In this document: in pieces, positions 47,501-55,469 of the stretch
How the letters are laid out: each line of letters begins with the position of its first letter
Numbering within the stretch: position 1 is the stretch's first letter
Origin: Burkholderiales bacterium
GTDB lineage: Bacteria; Pseudomonadota; Gammaproteobacteria; Burkholderiales; SG8-39
DNA length: 64,000 bases
Assembly: GCA_036379875.1 (NCBI GenBank)
Contig: DASVFV010000120.1
Location: 1,223 to 65,222 of the forward strand
Reading direction: 5' to 3'
Translations under genes and position numbers: made by a program
Notes under the pieces: generated by a model
Told to the model about the DNA's origin: nothing
What the model saw: only the letters and a program-made list of their open reading frames with translations
The model's database searches: none

Positions 47501-48937
47501 TTAGAGGAGGTCCTTCCACTTGGTGCGCATTTTTTCCTGCAATTCCCTGGAGGCCTCGGCCACCGCCGGGAACTCGTCGAGGTGCTCCCAGGGGCGGCAG
47601 GCGTCGATGATCGCCTTGGAGCTCAACGGCGCGTCGTACTGGTAGGCGACGAACATCGGGTCGTTCTTCGATCCCATGCCGCGCTGGATGATGTCGATGT
47701 CGAGCGCCGGGTCGGTGCGCGTCGCCACCGCCCACATCACTTCCTGCAGGTTGGCCGGGTCGATGTCGTCGTCGACCACCACCGAGTAGCGCGACATGTA
47801 CGCGCCCACGCCGCACTGGCTGAGCAGGTGCCCGGCCTGGCGCGCGTGCCCGGCGTAGCGCTGCCTGATCGCCACCACGTTGAACATGCGCGCGCCGCCG
47901 ATCTCGTGCGCCCACACGCCCTTCACTTCCGAGAGCCCGGCGGCAAGGAGCGCGTCGTGCAGGAGCGCGGAGCGCATCACCGCCTTCGAGTAGGAATAGT
48001 CGTTGGGCGGCTTGGCGGGCGGGCTGCCGACGATGATCGGGTCGTTCCTGAAGTAGACCCGCTCGACGGTCACGCACGGCGCGGTGCCTTCCTTGCCCGG
48101 GTAGTAGCCGTGGAATTCGCCGAACGGCCCCTCGGGGCGCTCGTCGTTCGGCTCGACGAAGCCTTCGAGCACGATTTCCGAGGCGGCCGGGAACGGCAGG
48201 CCGGTGAGCTCGCCGCGGATTACGGAGACCGGATTCCCCAGGATCGAACCCACATAGTTCCACTCGCACATGCCGAACGGGATCTCGATGCCGGAGATGA
48301 GATACCCGAGCGGATCGCCGCCGAGCACGATCGCCACCGGGAAGCGCTTGCCGGCCTTCTTGTGCTTCTCGTACTGGATGCGGCCGTGCTTGCCCGGAAC
48401 CATGTCGAGCGCGACATGGTTCCTGTCGAGCAGCTGCACGCGGTAGGTGCCGACGTTCACCCAGCCGGAGTCGAGGTCCTTCGTCACCACCGAGCAGCCG
48501 GTGCCGATGTAGCGCCCGCCGTCCTTCTCGTGCCAGAGCGGCGCGGGAAAGACCATCAGGTCGGGGGTTTTCTGGACGTTCTCCAGCACCGGGCCGGTGC
48601 CGGTGACAACCGGATCGAACCCTGCCGCCGCGGCCTGCCACTGCGCGGGCTTGCCGCGCAACGCCTCGACCAGGCCCTTGTGGGTCCTTTGCATCGGCAG
48701 GCGCAGGATGGACGACAGCCGGGCCGGGCTGCTCGTGGTGCAGGTCACCACCCGGAAGCCCTGTGGGTAGCCCTTGATCTCGTCGAAGACGAGCGCCGGC
48801 GGCGCGTCCTTCTTGACGTTCAGCTCGCTGATCGCGCCGAGCTCGAGGTTCCAGTCGGCGCCGCGCACGTGGCGCAGCTCGCCCAGCTTCTCGACCGCGT
48901 CGAGCCAGGCGCGCAGGTCGAGCGGGTCGGGCTTCAT
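47501..48937 (-). CDS. UbiD-family (prenylated-FMN-dependent) decarboxylase
   Basis: 478 aa. GRYIGTG...PEGPFGEFHGYY... are typical UbiD family motifs. Confidence 0.9.
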   Translation of the reverse strand: MKPDPLDLRAWLDAVEKLGELRHVRGADWNLELGAISELNVKKDAPPALVFDEIKGYPQGFRVVTCTTSSPARLSSILRLPMQRTHKGLVEALRGKPAQWQAAAAGFDPVVTGTGPVLENVQKTPDLMVFPAPLWHEKDGGRYIGTGCSVVTKDLDSGWVNVGTYRVQLLDRNHVALDMVPGKHGRIQYEKHKKAGKRFPVAIVLGGDPLGYLISGIEIPFGMCEWNYVGSILGNPVSVIRGELTGLPFPAASEIVLEGFVEPNDERPEGPFGEFHGYYPGKEGTAPCVTVERVYFRNDPIIVGSPPAKPPNDYSYSKAVMRSALLHDALLAAGLSEVKGVWAHEIGGARMFNVVAIRQRYAGHARQAGHLLSQCGVGAYMSRYSVVVDDDIDPANLQEVMWAVATRTDPALDIDIIQRGMGSKNDPMFVAYQYDAPLSSKAIIDACRPWEHLDEFPAVAEASRELQEKMRTKWKDLL

Positions 48938-48950
48938 CGCCCTAGTCTAC

Positions 48951-48978
48951 AAAAACAAAAGGGCCGCCATGGCGGCCC
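48951..48978 (-). terminator. Rho-independent terminator
   Basis: On the minus strand: GGGCCGCC-AT-GGCGGCCC (palindrome at 48961-78) followed by TTTTGTTTTT, downstream of the small gene ending at 49002. Confidence 0.7.
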
Positions 48979-49001
48979 TTTCGCGGCACGGCAAGCGTGC
49001 C

Positions 49002-49154
49002 TCAGTCGCTCATCAGGTTGGGGAAGATGAAGCCGAACGAAATGATCGATACCGCCAGCTTGAGGATGAATACGGCTTTCTGCTTCGGCGACATATCGCG
49101 GTACTTGGGCGACTGTTGAGCCGGCGCCGCACTCCCCTGCGCGTGCTTTTTCAT
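49002..49154 (-). CDS. Small membrane protein (50 aa), unknown function
   Basis: ATG 49154 with a GGAGG Shine-Dalgarno sequence. MKKHAQGSAAPAQQSPKYRDMSPKQKAVFILKLAVSIISFGFIFPNLMSD has one C-terminal transmembrane helix. Confidence 0.55.
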   Translation of the reverse strand: MKKHAQGSAAPAQQSPKYRDMSPKQKAVFILKLAVSIISFGFIFPNLMSD

Positions 49155-49261
49155 GAGACCTCCGGGTTGTAAGAAGGCCCGCCGGCGCCAGCAGGTTTGA
49201 CCCCGCCGCGGGAGTAAGCCGCCGGAATGGACCGCGGGCGAGTGTACTACCATTGCCCGTC

Positions 49262-50242
49262 ATGAAACTGACGCGCCACGCAAGCCTCGCCCTCCGCTTC
49301 GCGCTCAGCCTCGCCCTCGCCTTCTGCGCGCTGGGCGCGGCCGCGCAGTCCTATCCCTCGCGCGCGGTGCGCGTGGTGGTCGGGTTTCCGCCGGGCGGCG
49401 GCACCAACATCATGGCGCGCGTGCTCTCGCCGCGCTTGTCCGAATACCTCGGCCAGCCGTTCGTGGTCGAGAACCGGCCCGGCGCCACGACCAACATCGC
49501 GAGCGACCTGGTGGCGAAGAGCGCGCCCGACGGCCACACCCTCCTCTTCACCACCTCGGCGCTGGCGATCAACATGTCGCTCTACAAGAACCTGCCGTTC
49601 GACGCGCTGCGCGACTTCGCGCCGATCTCGGTGTTCGCCGAGAGCCCGAACCTGCTGGTCGCGCACTCGAGCGCGGGGGCGAGCGTGAAGGAGCTGCTCG
49701 CGCAGGCGAAGGCGAAGCCGGGCTCGATGAACTACTCCTCCGCCGGCTCCGGCACCTCGCAGCACCTCGCGGGCGAGCTCTTCAAGGCGCGCAGCGGCGC
49801 GTCGATCGCGCACATTCCGTACAAGGGCACCGCCGCCTCGCTCACCGCGGTGATCGCGGGCGAGGTGCATTTCAGCTTCGCCAACGTGCCGGCGATCCTC
49901 GGCCACGTGCGCAGCGGCCGGCTGCGCGCGCTCGCGGTGGCGGCGCCCCGGCGCTCCGACCTGATGCCCGACGTGCCGACCATGGAGGAAGCCGGGGTCG
50001 CCGGCGTCGAGGTCCCGGTGTGGTACGCGCTGCTCGGGCCCGCGGCGCTGCCGCGCGAGATCGTCAGGACGCTGAACGAGGCCACGGTGCGCGCGGCGCG
50101 CTCGCCGGACCTGCGGCAGAAGCTCGTCGAGCAAGGCGCCGACCCGGTCGGCAACACGCCGGAGGAGTTCGCGAAGCTGCTGAAGGAAGAAGTCGCGAAG
50201 TGGGCCGAAGTGGTGAAGATCTCGGGGGCCAAAGCGGAATAA
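49262..50242 (+). CDS. Bug/TctC-family substrate-binding protein
   Basis: Signal peptide followed by QSYPSRAVRVVVGFPPGGGTNI. ATG 49262; the track start at 49253 is a TTG. Confidence 0.9.
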   Translation: MKLTRHASLALRFALSLALAFCALGAAAQSYPSRAVRVVVGFPPGGGTNIMARVLSPRLSEYLGQPFVVENRPGATTNIASDLVAKSAPDGHTLLFTTSALAINMSLYKNLPFDALRDFAPISVFAESPNLLVAHSSAGASVKELLAQAKAKPGSMNYSSAGSGTSQHLAGELFKARSGASIAHIPYKGTAASLTAVIAGEVHFSFANVPAILGHVRSGRLRALAVAAPRRSDLMPDVPTMEEAGVAGVEVPVWYALLGPAALPREIVRTLNEATVRAARSPDLRQKLVEQGADPVGNTPEEFAKLLKEEVAKWAEVVKISGAKAE

Positions 50243-50267
50243 TTCGAAGCGCAACCAAGGGGGGAAC

Positions 50268-50783
50268 ATGGCCACAAACGTCAATCCGTACCAGGCGCCG
50301 TCGGCCGCCGTAGCCGACGCCGGCGGCGAGACCCAGCCGGTCAAGGTGTTCTCGGTCTCCGGCCGCATCGGCCGCGCGCGCTACATCGCCTACGGCATGG
50401 GCTTCTACATCCTGTTCGGCGCGCTCGCCGCCGGCCTGTCGATGGCGCTCGGCGCGGTGGGCGCCGCGCTCATGATGGTCGGCTGGGTGGCGCTGGTGGT
50501 GATCGGCTTCATGCTCACCATCCAGCGCTGCCACGACTTCAACATGAGCGGCTGGCTGTCGCTCCTCATGTTCGTCCCGCTCGCCAACCTGATCTTCCTC
50601 ATCATCCCGGGCACCGACGGACCGAACCGCTTCGGCGGGCCGACGCCGCCGAACAGCCTCGGCGTGCTGATCGCCGCCTGGTTCCTGCCCGCCATCATGG
50701 TGATCGGGATCGTCGCGGCAATCGCGCTTCCGGCGTACCAGGACTACCAGAAGCGCGCCGCCGGGCAGATTCAGAAGCGCTAG
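50268..50783 (+). CDS. DUF805 (YhaH-like) inner-membrane protein with pilin-helix-like C-terminus
   Basis: GRIGRARY...IQRCHDFNMSGW...PGTDGPNRFG are DUF805 hallmarks. The C-terminal GIVAAIALPAYQDYQKRA resembles the type IV pilin N-terminal helix. Confidence 0.8.
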   Translation: MATNVNPYQAPSAAVADAGGETQPVKVFSVSGRIGRARYIAYGMGFYILFGALAAGLSMALGAVGAALMMVGWVALVVIGFMLTIQRCHDFNMSGWLSLLMFVPLANLIFLIIPGTDGPNRFGGPTPPNSLGVLIAAWFLPAIMVIGIVAAIALPAYQDYQKRAAGQIQKR

Positions 50784-50796
50784 AAGCGTCGATGGG

Positions 50797-50864
50797 GTCG
50801 TCCCCGCGAAGGCGGGGACCCCGTTTGAATCCGGACCAATAAAACGTGGTCCGTCCCTGATTTT
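50797..50864. repeat. REP family C hairpin plus degenerate family-B-like half-site
   Basis: GTCGTCCCCGCGAAGGCGGGGACCCCGTTT at 50797-50826. GTGGTCCGTCCCTGATTTT at 50846-64 resembles the right arm at 20628-54. Confidence 0.8.
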
Positions 50865-50874
50865 GGTTTGCGCT

Positions 50875-51312
50875 TTACGACCGGCGCGCGATCCTCCAGT
50901 AGGTAATCCACCCGAGAAGGCCGAGGTCCGCCACGATCGCCACCGTGACGGGCAGCTGGACGCTGTGCCTGAAGAGCAGCATCCAGAGGAAGCCCAGGAT
51001 CACCGCAGCGACGAAGCCGGCGGGCACGGCCCACAGGCGCCGCCATTTCAGCCGCGCTTGCAGCCAGCGCGCGGCGAGCCAGCAGGCGAGCAGCGTGAGG
51101 ACGAGCGGCGGGAGACCGATCAGCGCCGCCGCGGCGAGGCGCGTCGCATGCAGGAGCGCCTCGCCAAGATAGATCGCGGCGGCCGCCAGGCCGCCCCAGG
51201 CCAGGCCGCGCCCGAGCGCCGAGACAATCGCGCCCGCGAGCGCGCCGAGAAGCACTCCGAGCACTGCGTGCGCCGCGATGATGACGTAGCCGGCTGCGGC
51301 TACCGGCTCCAC
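50875..51312 (-). CDS. Hypothetical polytopic membrane protein
   Basis: Hydrophobic sequence from VEPVAAAGYVIIAAHAVLGVLLGALAG... (GTG 51312, proposed). Last gene of the minus-strand cluster. Confidence 0.5.
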   Translation of the reverse strand: MEPVAAAGYVIIAAHAVLGVLLGALAGAIVSALGRGLAWGGLAAAAIYLGEALLHATRLAAAALIGLPPLVLTLLACWLAARWLQARLKWRRLWAVPAGFVAAVILGFLWMLLFRHSVQLPVTVAIVADLGLLGWITYWRIARRS

Positions 51313-52142
51313 GCCGCCCACACGCCAGCGCAGGCGAGCAGGTAGAGTCCCGCGCCCCACACGATGGCCTTGCGATAGACGGCGCGCTCCCAGGCCCGGT
51401 CGCGCGGCGGGCAGCTGAACGACGCCTCGTCCGAGAGCTTCGCGATGCGCCGGCCGAACAGCACTTCCGCCGTCCCATAGATCGCGACCGGCCACAGCGT
51501 GGAAACGACGATCCAGAGCAGCATCGCGCCGCCGCGCGCATGCACGAGCAGCGCCACCAGCACGCCGACCAGCGCGGCGCCGATGGTGGCGAGGACGAGC
51601 TTCCAGAACACCTCGTAGGTCCGCTCCCAGCCCTGGTCAGCGAATTCCGCGGTCTTCATGAAGGCGTACAGCCGCTTCGCGTCGTAGCTCGCGGACAGGC
51701 CGCGCGCATCGAGCGCGGCCTTCAGATCGCGCAACAAGGCGCCGATGCCTTCCACCACTACGGTGAGGCGGATGGTTTTCTCGCCCGAGCGCAGCGCCAC
51801 CCAGCCGCCCAGATAGGGCGCGCCCGGAAAGTGCAGCGGCCCGATGCGGTCGTACGGCAGGCGGTCCGCGCCGCGACGATGGCGGTAGACCAGCGCATCG
51901 GGCTCGAGCGAGATGGCGATGCCGGCCAGGCGCCAGTACAGCCACCACACCGGCGCACCCACCAGAATGGTGAGCACCGTGAGGAGGACGGCCAGGACGT
52001 AAACCGCTTGCGCTCCCGAGGAATCCGGGCGCAAGCCGAGCCAGAGGATCAGGATCCACGGCGAGACGCCGATGAACCCGAACAGCGCCGGCAACGCGTA
52101 CTGCCCCCAACGGATGTGCTTGCGGTAGCGGTACTCCCTCAC
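51300..52142 (-). CDS. Hypothetical membrane protein (280 aa)
   Basis: GTG 52142 forms a GTGA overlap with the acyl-CoA dehydrogenase stop. N- and C-terminal transmembrane helix pairs flank a soluble ~110-aa domain. The track upstream part is a shadow frame. Confidence 0.6.
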   Translation of the reverse strand: MREYRYRKHIRWGQYALPALFGFIGVSPWILILWLGLRPDSSGAQAVYVLAVLLTVLTILVGAPVWWLYWRLAGIAISLEPDALVYRHRRGADRLPYDRIGPLHFPGAPYLGGWVALRSGEKTIRLTVVVEGIGALLRDLKAALDARGLSASYDAKRLYAFMKTAEFADQGWERTYEVFWKLVLATIGAALVGVLVALLVHARGGAMLLWIVVSTLWPVAIYGTAEVLFGRRIAKLSDEASFSCPPRDRAWERAVYRKAIVWGAGLYLLACAGVWAAWSR

Positions 52143-53287
52143 TGGCCGCGCTGCGGGAAGCTGCGCCCGAACACGCCTTCGGCGATGCGGTTCTTGAGAA
52201 TCTCGATCGAGCCGCCGGCGATCATCCAGCCGCGGCAGCGCCGCGCGCAGTACTCGACCAGCTCCTCCTGGCTGTAGCCCATCGCGCCCATCACCTGCAG
52301 CGCCTCGTTCGCCACGTCGAAGCCGGCCTTGTTGCAGTAGGCCTTGGCGATCGCGGTCTCCTCGGGCGAGGGCAGGCCGCGATCCGCGTTGCTCGCCGCG
52401 CGGTAGAGGAGAAGCTGCGCGGCGTCGAGCTGCATCTTCATGTCGGCGAACTTCCACTGCAGGCCCTGGAACTCGGCGAGCAGCCGGCCGAACTGCCTGC
52501 GCTGCAGCGCCCACTCGCGCGCGCGCTCGAACGCGTAGCGCCCGAGCGCGAGCGAGCGCGAGGCGTTGCCGAGCCGCTCGACGTTGAAGCCGGCCATCTG
52601 CTTCTTGAAGCCGCCTTCGCCGAGCACCACCATGTCTTTCGGCACGTGCACGTTGTCGAAGTTGAGCTCGGCCCACTCCTCGCCGGACATGAATTTCGAC
52701 GGCTTGCCTCGTTTCAATCCTTTTGAATTCTTGTCAATCAAGACAGATCCGATGCCGCCCACGCCAGGACCAAACCGCACGTAGGCGAGGATCACATCGG
52801 CGTAGGCCGAGTGCGTGGTGAAGATCTTCGAGCCGTTGATGCGGTAGCCGTCGCCGTCCGGCGTAGCGCTGGTCCTGAGATCGGTGACCGCGGAGCCGGC
52901 GTCGGGCTCGGTCATGCCGACCGAGATCACCGCTTCACCGCTCAACAGGTTTTTCAGGAACTTGGTTTTCTGCAGGGAAGAACCGTATTCGGCGAGCACG
53001 CGGATCGGGCCGAAGTTGCCGGCCTGCACCACGTCGGCGCTGCGCGGGCACACCGAGGCCACGGTCTCGATCGCGATCACCGCGTCCATCAGCGTGCCGC
53101 CCTGCCCGCCGTCCTCCTCGCGCACCGTGATGCCGAGCAGGCCCTGCTTCGCCATCAGCTTGGCGACGTGCCACGGGTACTCCGGCGAATGCGCGCGCTC
53201 GCGCGCACCTGATTTCAAATTCTTCTGAGCAAACCCCAATACCGAGGTACGGAACTGTTCCTGCTCCGGCGTCAGCTGGAAGTCCAT
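52139..53287 (-). CDS. Acyl-CoA dehydrogenase
   Basis: 382 aa. MTEPDAGSAVTDL...GGSIEILKNRIA are typical ACAD motifs. Confidence 0.92.
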   Translation of the reverse strand: MDFQLTPEQEQFRTSVLGFAQKNLKSGARERAHSPEYPWHVAKLMAKQGLLGITVREEDGGQGGTLMDAVIAIETVASVCPRSADVVQAGNFGPIRVLAEYGSSLQKTKFLKNLLSGEAVISVGMTEPDAGSAVTDLRTSATPDGDGYRINGSKIFTTHSAYADVILAYVRFGPGVGGIGSVLIDKNSKGLKRGKPSKFMSGEEWAELNFDNVHVPKDMVVLGEGGFKKQMAGFNVERLGNASRSLALGRYAFERAREWALQRRQFGRLLAEFQGLQWKFADMKMQLDAAQLLLYRAASNADRGLPSPEETAIAKAYCNKAGFDVANEALQVMGAMGYSQEELVEYCARRCRGWMIAGGSIEILKNRIAEGVFGRSFPQRGQ

Positions 53288-54609
53288 GAAGCCGGATGGT
53301 AGCCGAGCGGGACCGGCGGCCTGGCGAAATACGGCGGCGTCTCGGAAAGGCCGAGCGCCGGCTTCAGATAACGCAGACGCCCGTCGGGCGCGTCCATCTC
53401 GGCCATCCAGGGCGCGAGCTCGGCGTCGGCGAGCTCGTCGGGTAAGCCTTCAAAACCCCGTGCCGTGCCGCTGTCGACGATCCACTTGCCGACCCGCGCG
53501 AGCGCCACGCGTACCAGCCAGCTGCCGCCCTCGCGCGCGCGGCGCGCAAGGGCGACCGAAACGCCGAACGCCATCAGGTAGCCGCTCACATAGTCGATCG
53601 CGGAAACCGGCAGAAGGCGCGGCTTGTCCCCTCCGTGCGCGCTCGCAATGCCGCTCACCGCCTGCACGATGCTGTCGAAGCCGCGCCGCTCCTTCCACGG
53701 GCCGCTCGGACCCCACGCGCTGAGCGAGGCGCACACGATGCCGGGACGCAGCTTCGCCAGCGCCTCGGGCGAGAAGCCGCGTGCCGCAAGCGAGCCGGGG
53801 CGATACGACTGGATGAACACGTCCGCGTCTTTCACGAGGTTCTTGAGGACCCCGGCGTCGCTGCGCAGATCGATGCGCGCCGAGCGCTTGCCGATCCCGG
53901 TGTCGAGATCGGCCATGCCGGAATCGGGCAGGTGCGCGGCGGTGATCTTCAGCACGTCGGCGCCGTGCTCGGCGAGGCTCTTGCCGCAGGTCGGGCCGGC
54001 CAGCACGCGCGTGAGGTCGAGCACGCGCACGCCGCCGAGCGGCCGTTCGTGCTGGCGCAGTTTCGCCGGGCCATGACCGATGCGCTCGATCTGCACCAGC
54101 GGCTGATTCGCCACGGCGAGCGCCTGGGCGTGGCGCCGCCACTCCTCGTGCGAGCGGACCAGCCCGGCGCAGCCGCCGGCGGCGTGGATCGCGTCTTCGA
54201 GCGCTTCGCCGTGCCACTTGCGGCTTGCATACTCGGCCTGCGCGCGGTCCTCGCCCACCCCGAGCACGCGCAGCGCGGCGTGGCGGTGGTTCGGGAAATT
54301 GCAGTGGATGCTGATCCAGCCGTCGCGCACCGGGTAGAAGCCGCTGAACGGATCCCACGGCGACGGCGGCGGCTTGCCGTTCACTCTCAGGTAGCGCGTG
54401 CTGCGCAGCGAAATGGCCGCGTGGCGGGCGTTCACGCTGACCTTTTGATTTCCATTTGTCACTGCAAGCCCGAGCGCGCCGAGCGCGGCCGCGGACGCCG
54501 CCGCGATGCGGTAGCGCACCGGGAGCACCGGATCGTCGCCGGTGATCTCGACCGGGGTTTCCTCGAGGCCTGCGGCGAGCAGGAGCTCGCGCAGCGCTGC
54601 CTGGGGCAT
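53272..54609 (-). CDS. Family III CoA-transferase (CaiB/BaiF)
   Basis: VRVLDLTRVLAGPTCGKSLAEHGADVLKI hallmark. The real start is ATG 54609 (TGATG junction). The 718-aa track ORF is extended by a shadow frame. Confidence 0.88.
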   Translation of the reverse strand: MPQAALRELLLAAGLEETPVEITGDDPVLPVRYRIAAASAAALGALGLAVTNGNQKVSVNARHAAISLRSTRYLRVNGKPPPSPWDPFSGFYPVRDGWISIHCNFPNHRHAALRVLGVGEDRAQAEYASRKWHGEALEDAIHAAGGCAGLVRSHEEWRRHAQALAVANQPLVQIERIGHGPAKLRQHERPLGGVRVLDLTRVLAGPTCGKSLAEHGADVLKITAAHLPDSGMADLDTGIGKRSARIDLRSDAGVLKNLVKDADVFIQSYRPGSLAARGFSPEALAKLRPGIVCASLSAWGPSGPWKERRGFDSIVQAVSGIASAHGGDKPRLLPVSAIDYVSGYLMAFGVSVALARRAREGGSWLVRVALARVGKWIVDSGTARGFEGLPDELADAELAPWMAEMDAPDGRLRYLKPALGLSETPPYFARPPVPLGYHPASWTSS

Positions 54610-55469
54610 CAGAGCGTCTTCACCAGCACCGGGAAGTATTTTTTGCCGTGGCCGCCGTCGGCAGCCCGCTCGAGCGCGTCCATCACCTGTCTTGCGCCTT
54701 TCAGCTCGGCGCGCGCCTGCCGCGCGAAGTCGAGCAGGTACTCCATGTCCTTCAGCGCGTACTCGACCGAGAACGCGCGCTCGGGAAACTCGTCGGCCAG
54801 CATGGCCTTCATGCCGTGGTTGCGCAGCGCGAAGCTGTCCGCCGAGCCGAGCATCAGCGTCTCGAACACCTTGGTGGCCGACAGGCCGGACTTGCGCGCC
54901 AGCGTGAGCGCCTCGGCGAGCGCGGCCACGTTCTGGAACAGCACCATGTTGTTGATCAGCTTGGTGGCCTGGCCGGCGCCCGGCCCGCCGCAGTGCGTGA
55001 TCTCGCTGCCGATGTGGGCGAGGAGCGGCTTCACGCGCTTGTACACCGGCTCGGTGCCGCCGACCATCACCGAGAGCGTGCCCTTTTCCGCCGCCGCGCG
55101 CGTGCGCGCGACCGGCGCGTCGGCGAAGTAGATGCCGCGCGCCGCGAAGCGCTCGTGCAGGTCGCGCGCCAGCGCGACGGTGACCGTGCTCAGGTCGACG
55201 ATGTAGCTGCTGGCGCGCATGTGCAGCATCAGGCTGCCCGGCCCGGCGCACACCGTCTTCACTTCCGCCACGCCCGGCAGCGAGAGAAACACCATGTTGC
55301 AGCGCTCGGCGACCTCGCGCACCGAGGCGGCGGGCTGCACGCCGAATTCCTTCAGGCGCTCGAGCGGCGCGGGGTTGAGGTCGTAGGCGATCACCTCGTC
55401 GCCGCTCTTCTCGGCGAGGTTGCGGCACATCGGCTCGCCCATCACGCCCAGGCCGATGAAGCCGATCAC
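54609..55469 (-). CDS. NAD(P)-dependent 3-hydroxyisobutyrate dehydrogenase-family oxidoreductase
   Basis: GTG 55469 forms a GTGA overlap. VIGFIGLGVMGEPM Rossmann motif and ...GPGAGQATKLINN motif. Confidence 0.88.
   Translation of the reverse strand: MIGFIGLGVMGEPMCRNLAEKSGDEVIAYDLNPAPLERLKEFGVQPAASVREVAERCNMVFLSLPGVAEVKTVCAGPGSLMLHMRASSYIVDLSTVTVALARDLHERFAARGIYFADAPVARTRAAAEKGTLSVMVGGTEPVYKRVKPLLAHIGSEITHCGGPGAGQATKLINNMVLFQNVAALAEALTLARKSGLSATKVFETLMLGSADSFALRNHGMKAMLADEFPERAFSVEYALKDMEYLLDFARQARAELKGARQVMDALERAADGGHGKKYFPVLVKTL

Noticed and set aside
53272-55428. A single 718-aa ORF. The 930-aa ORF at 54609-57401 is a similar case.
   Set aside because: Each is a real gene (CoA-transferase from 54609; dehydrogenase from 55469) extended upstream through a shadow frame of the preceding gene. 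Motif-bearing sequence starts at the TGATG and GTGA junctions.
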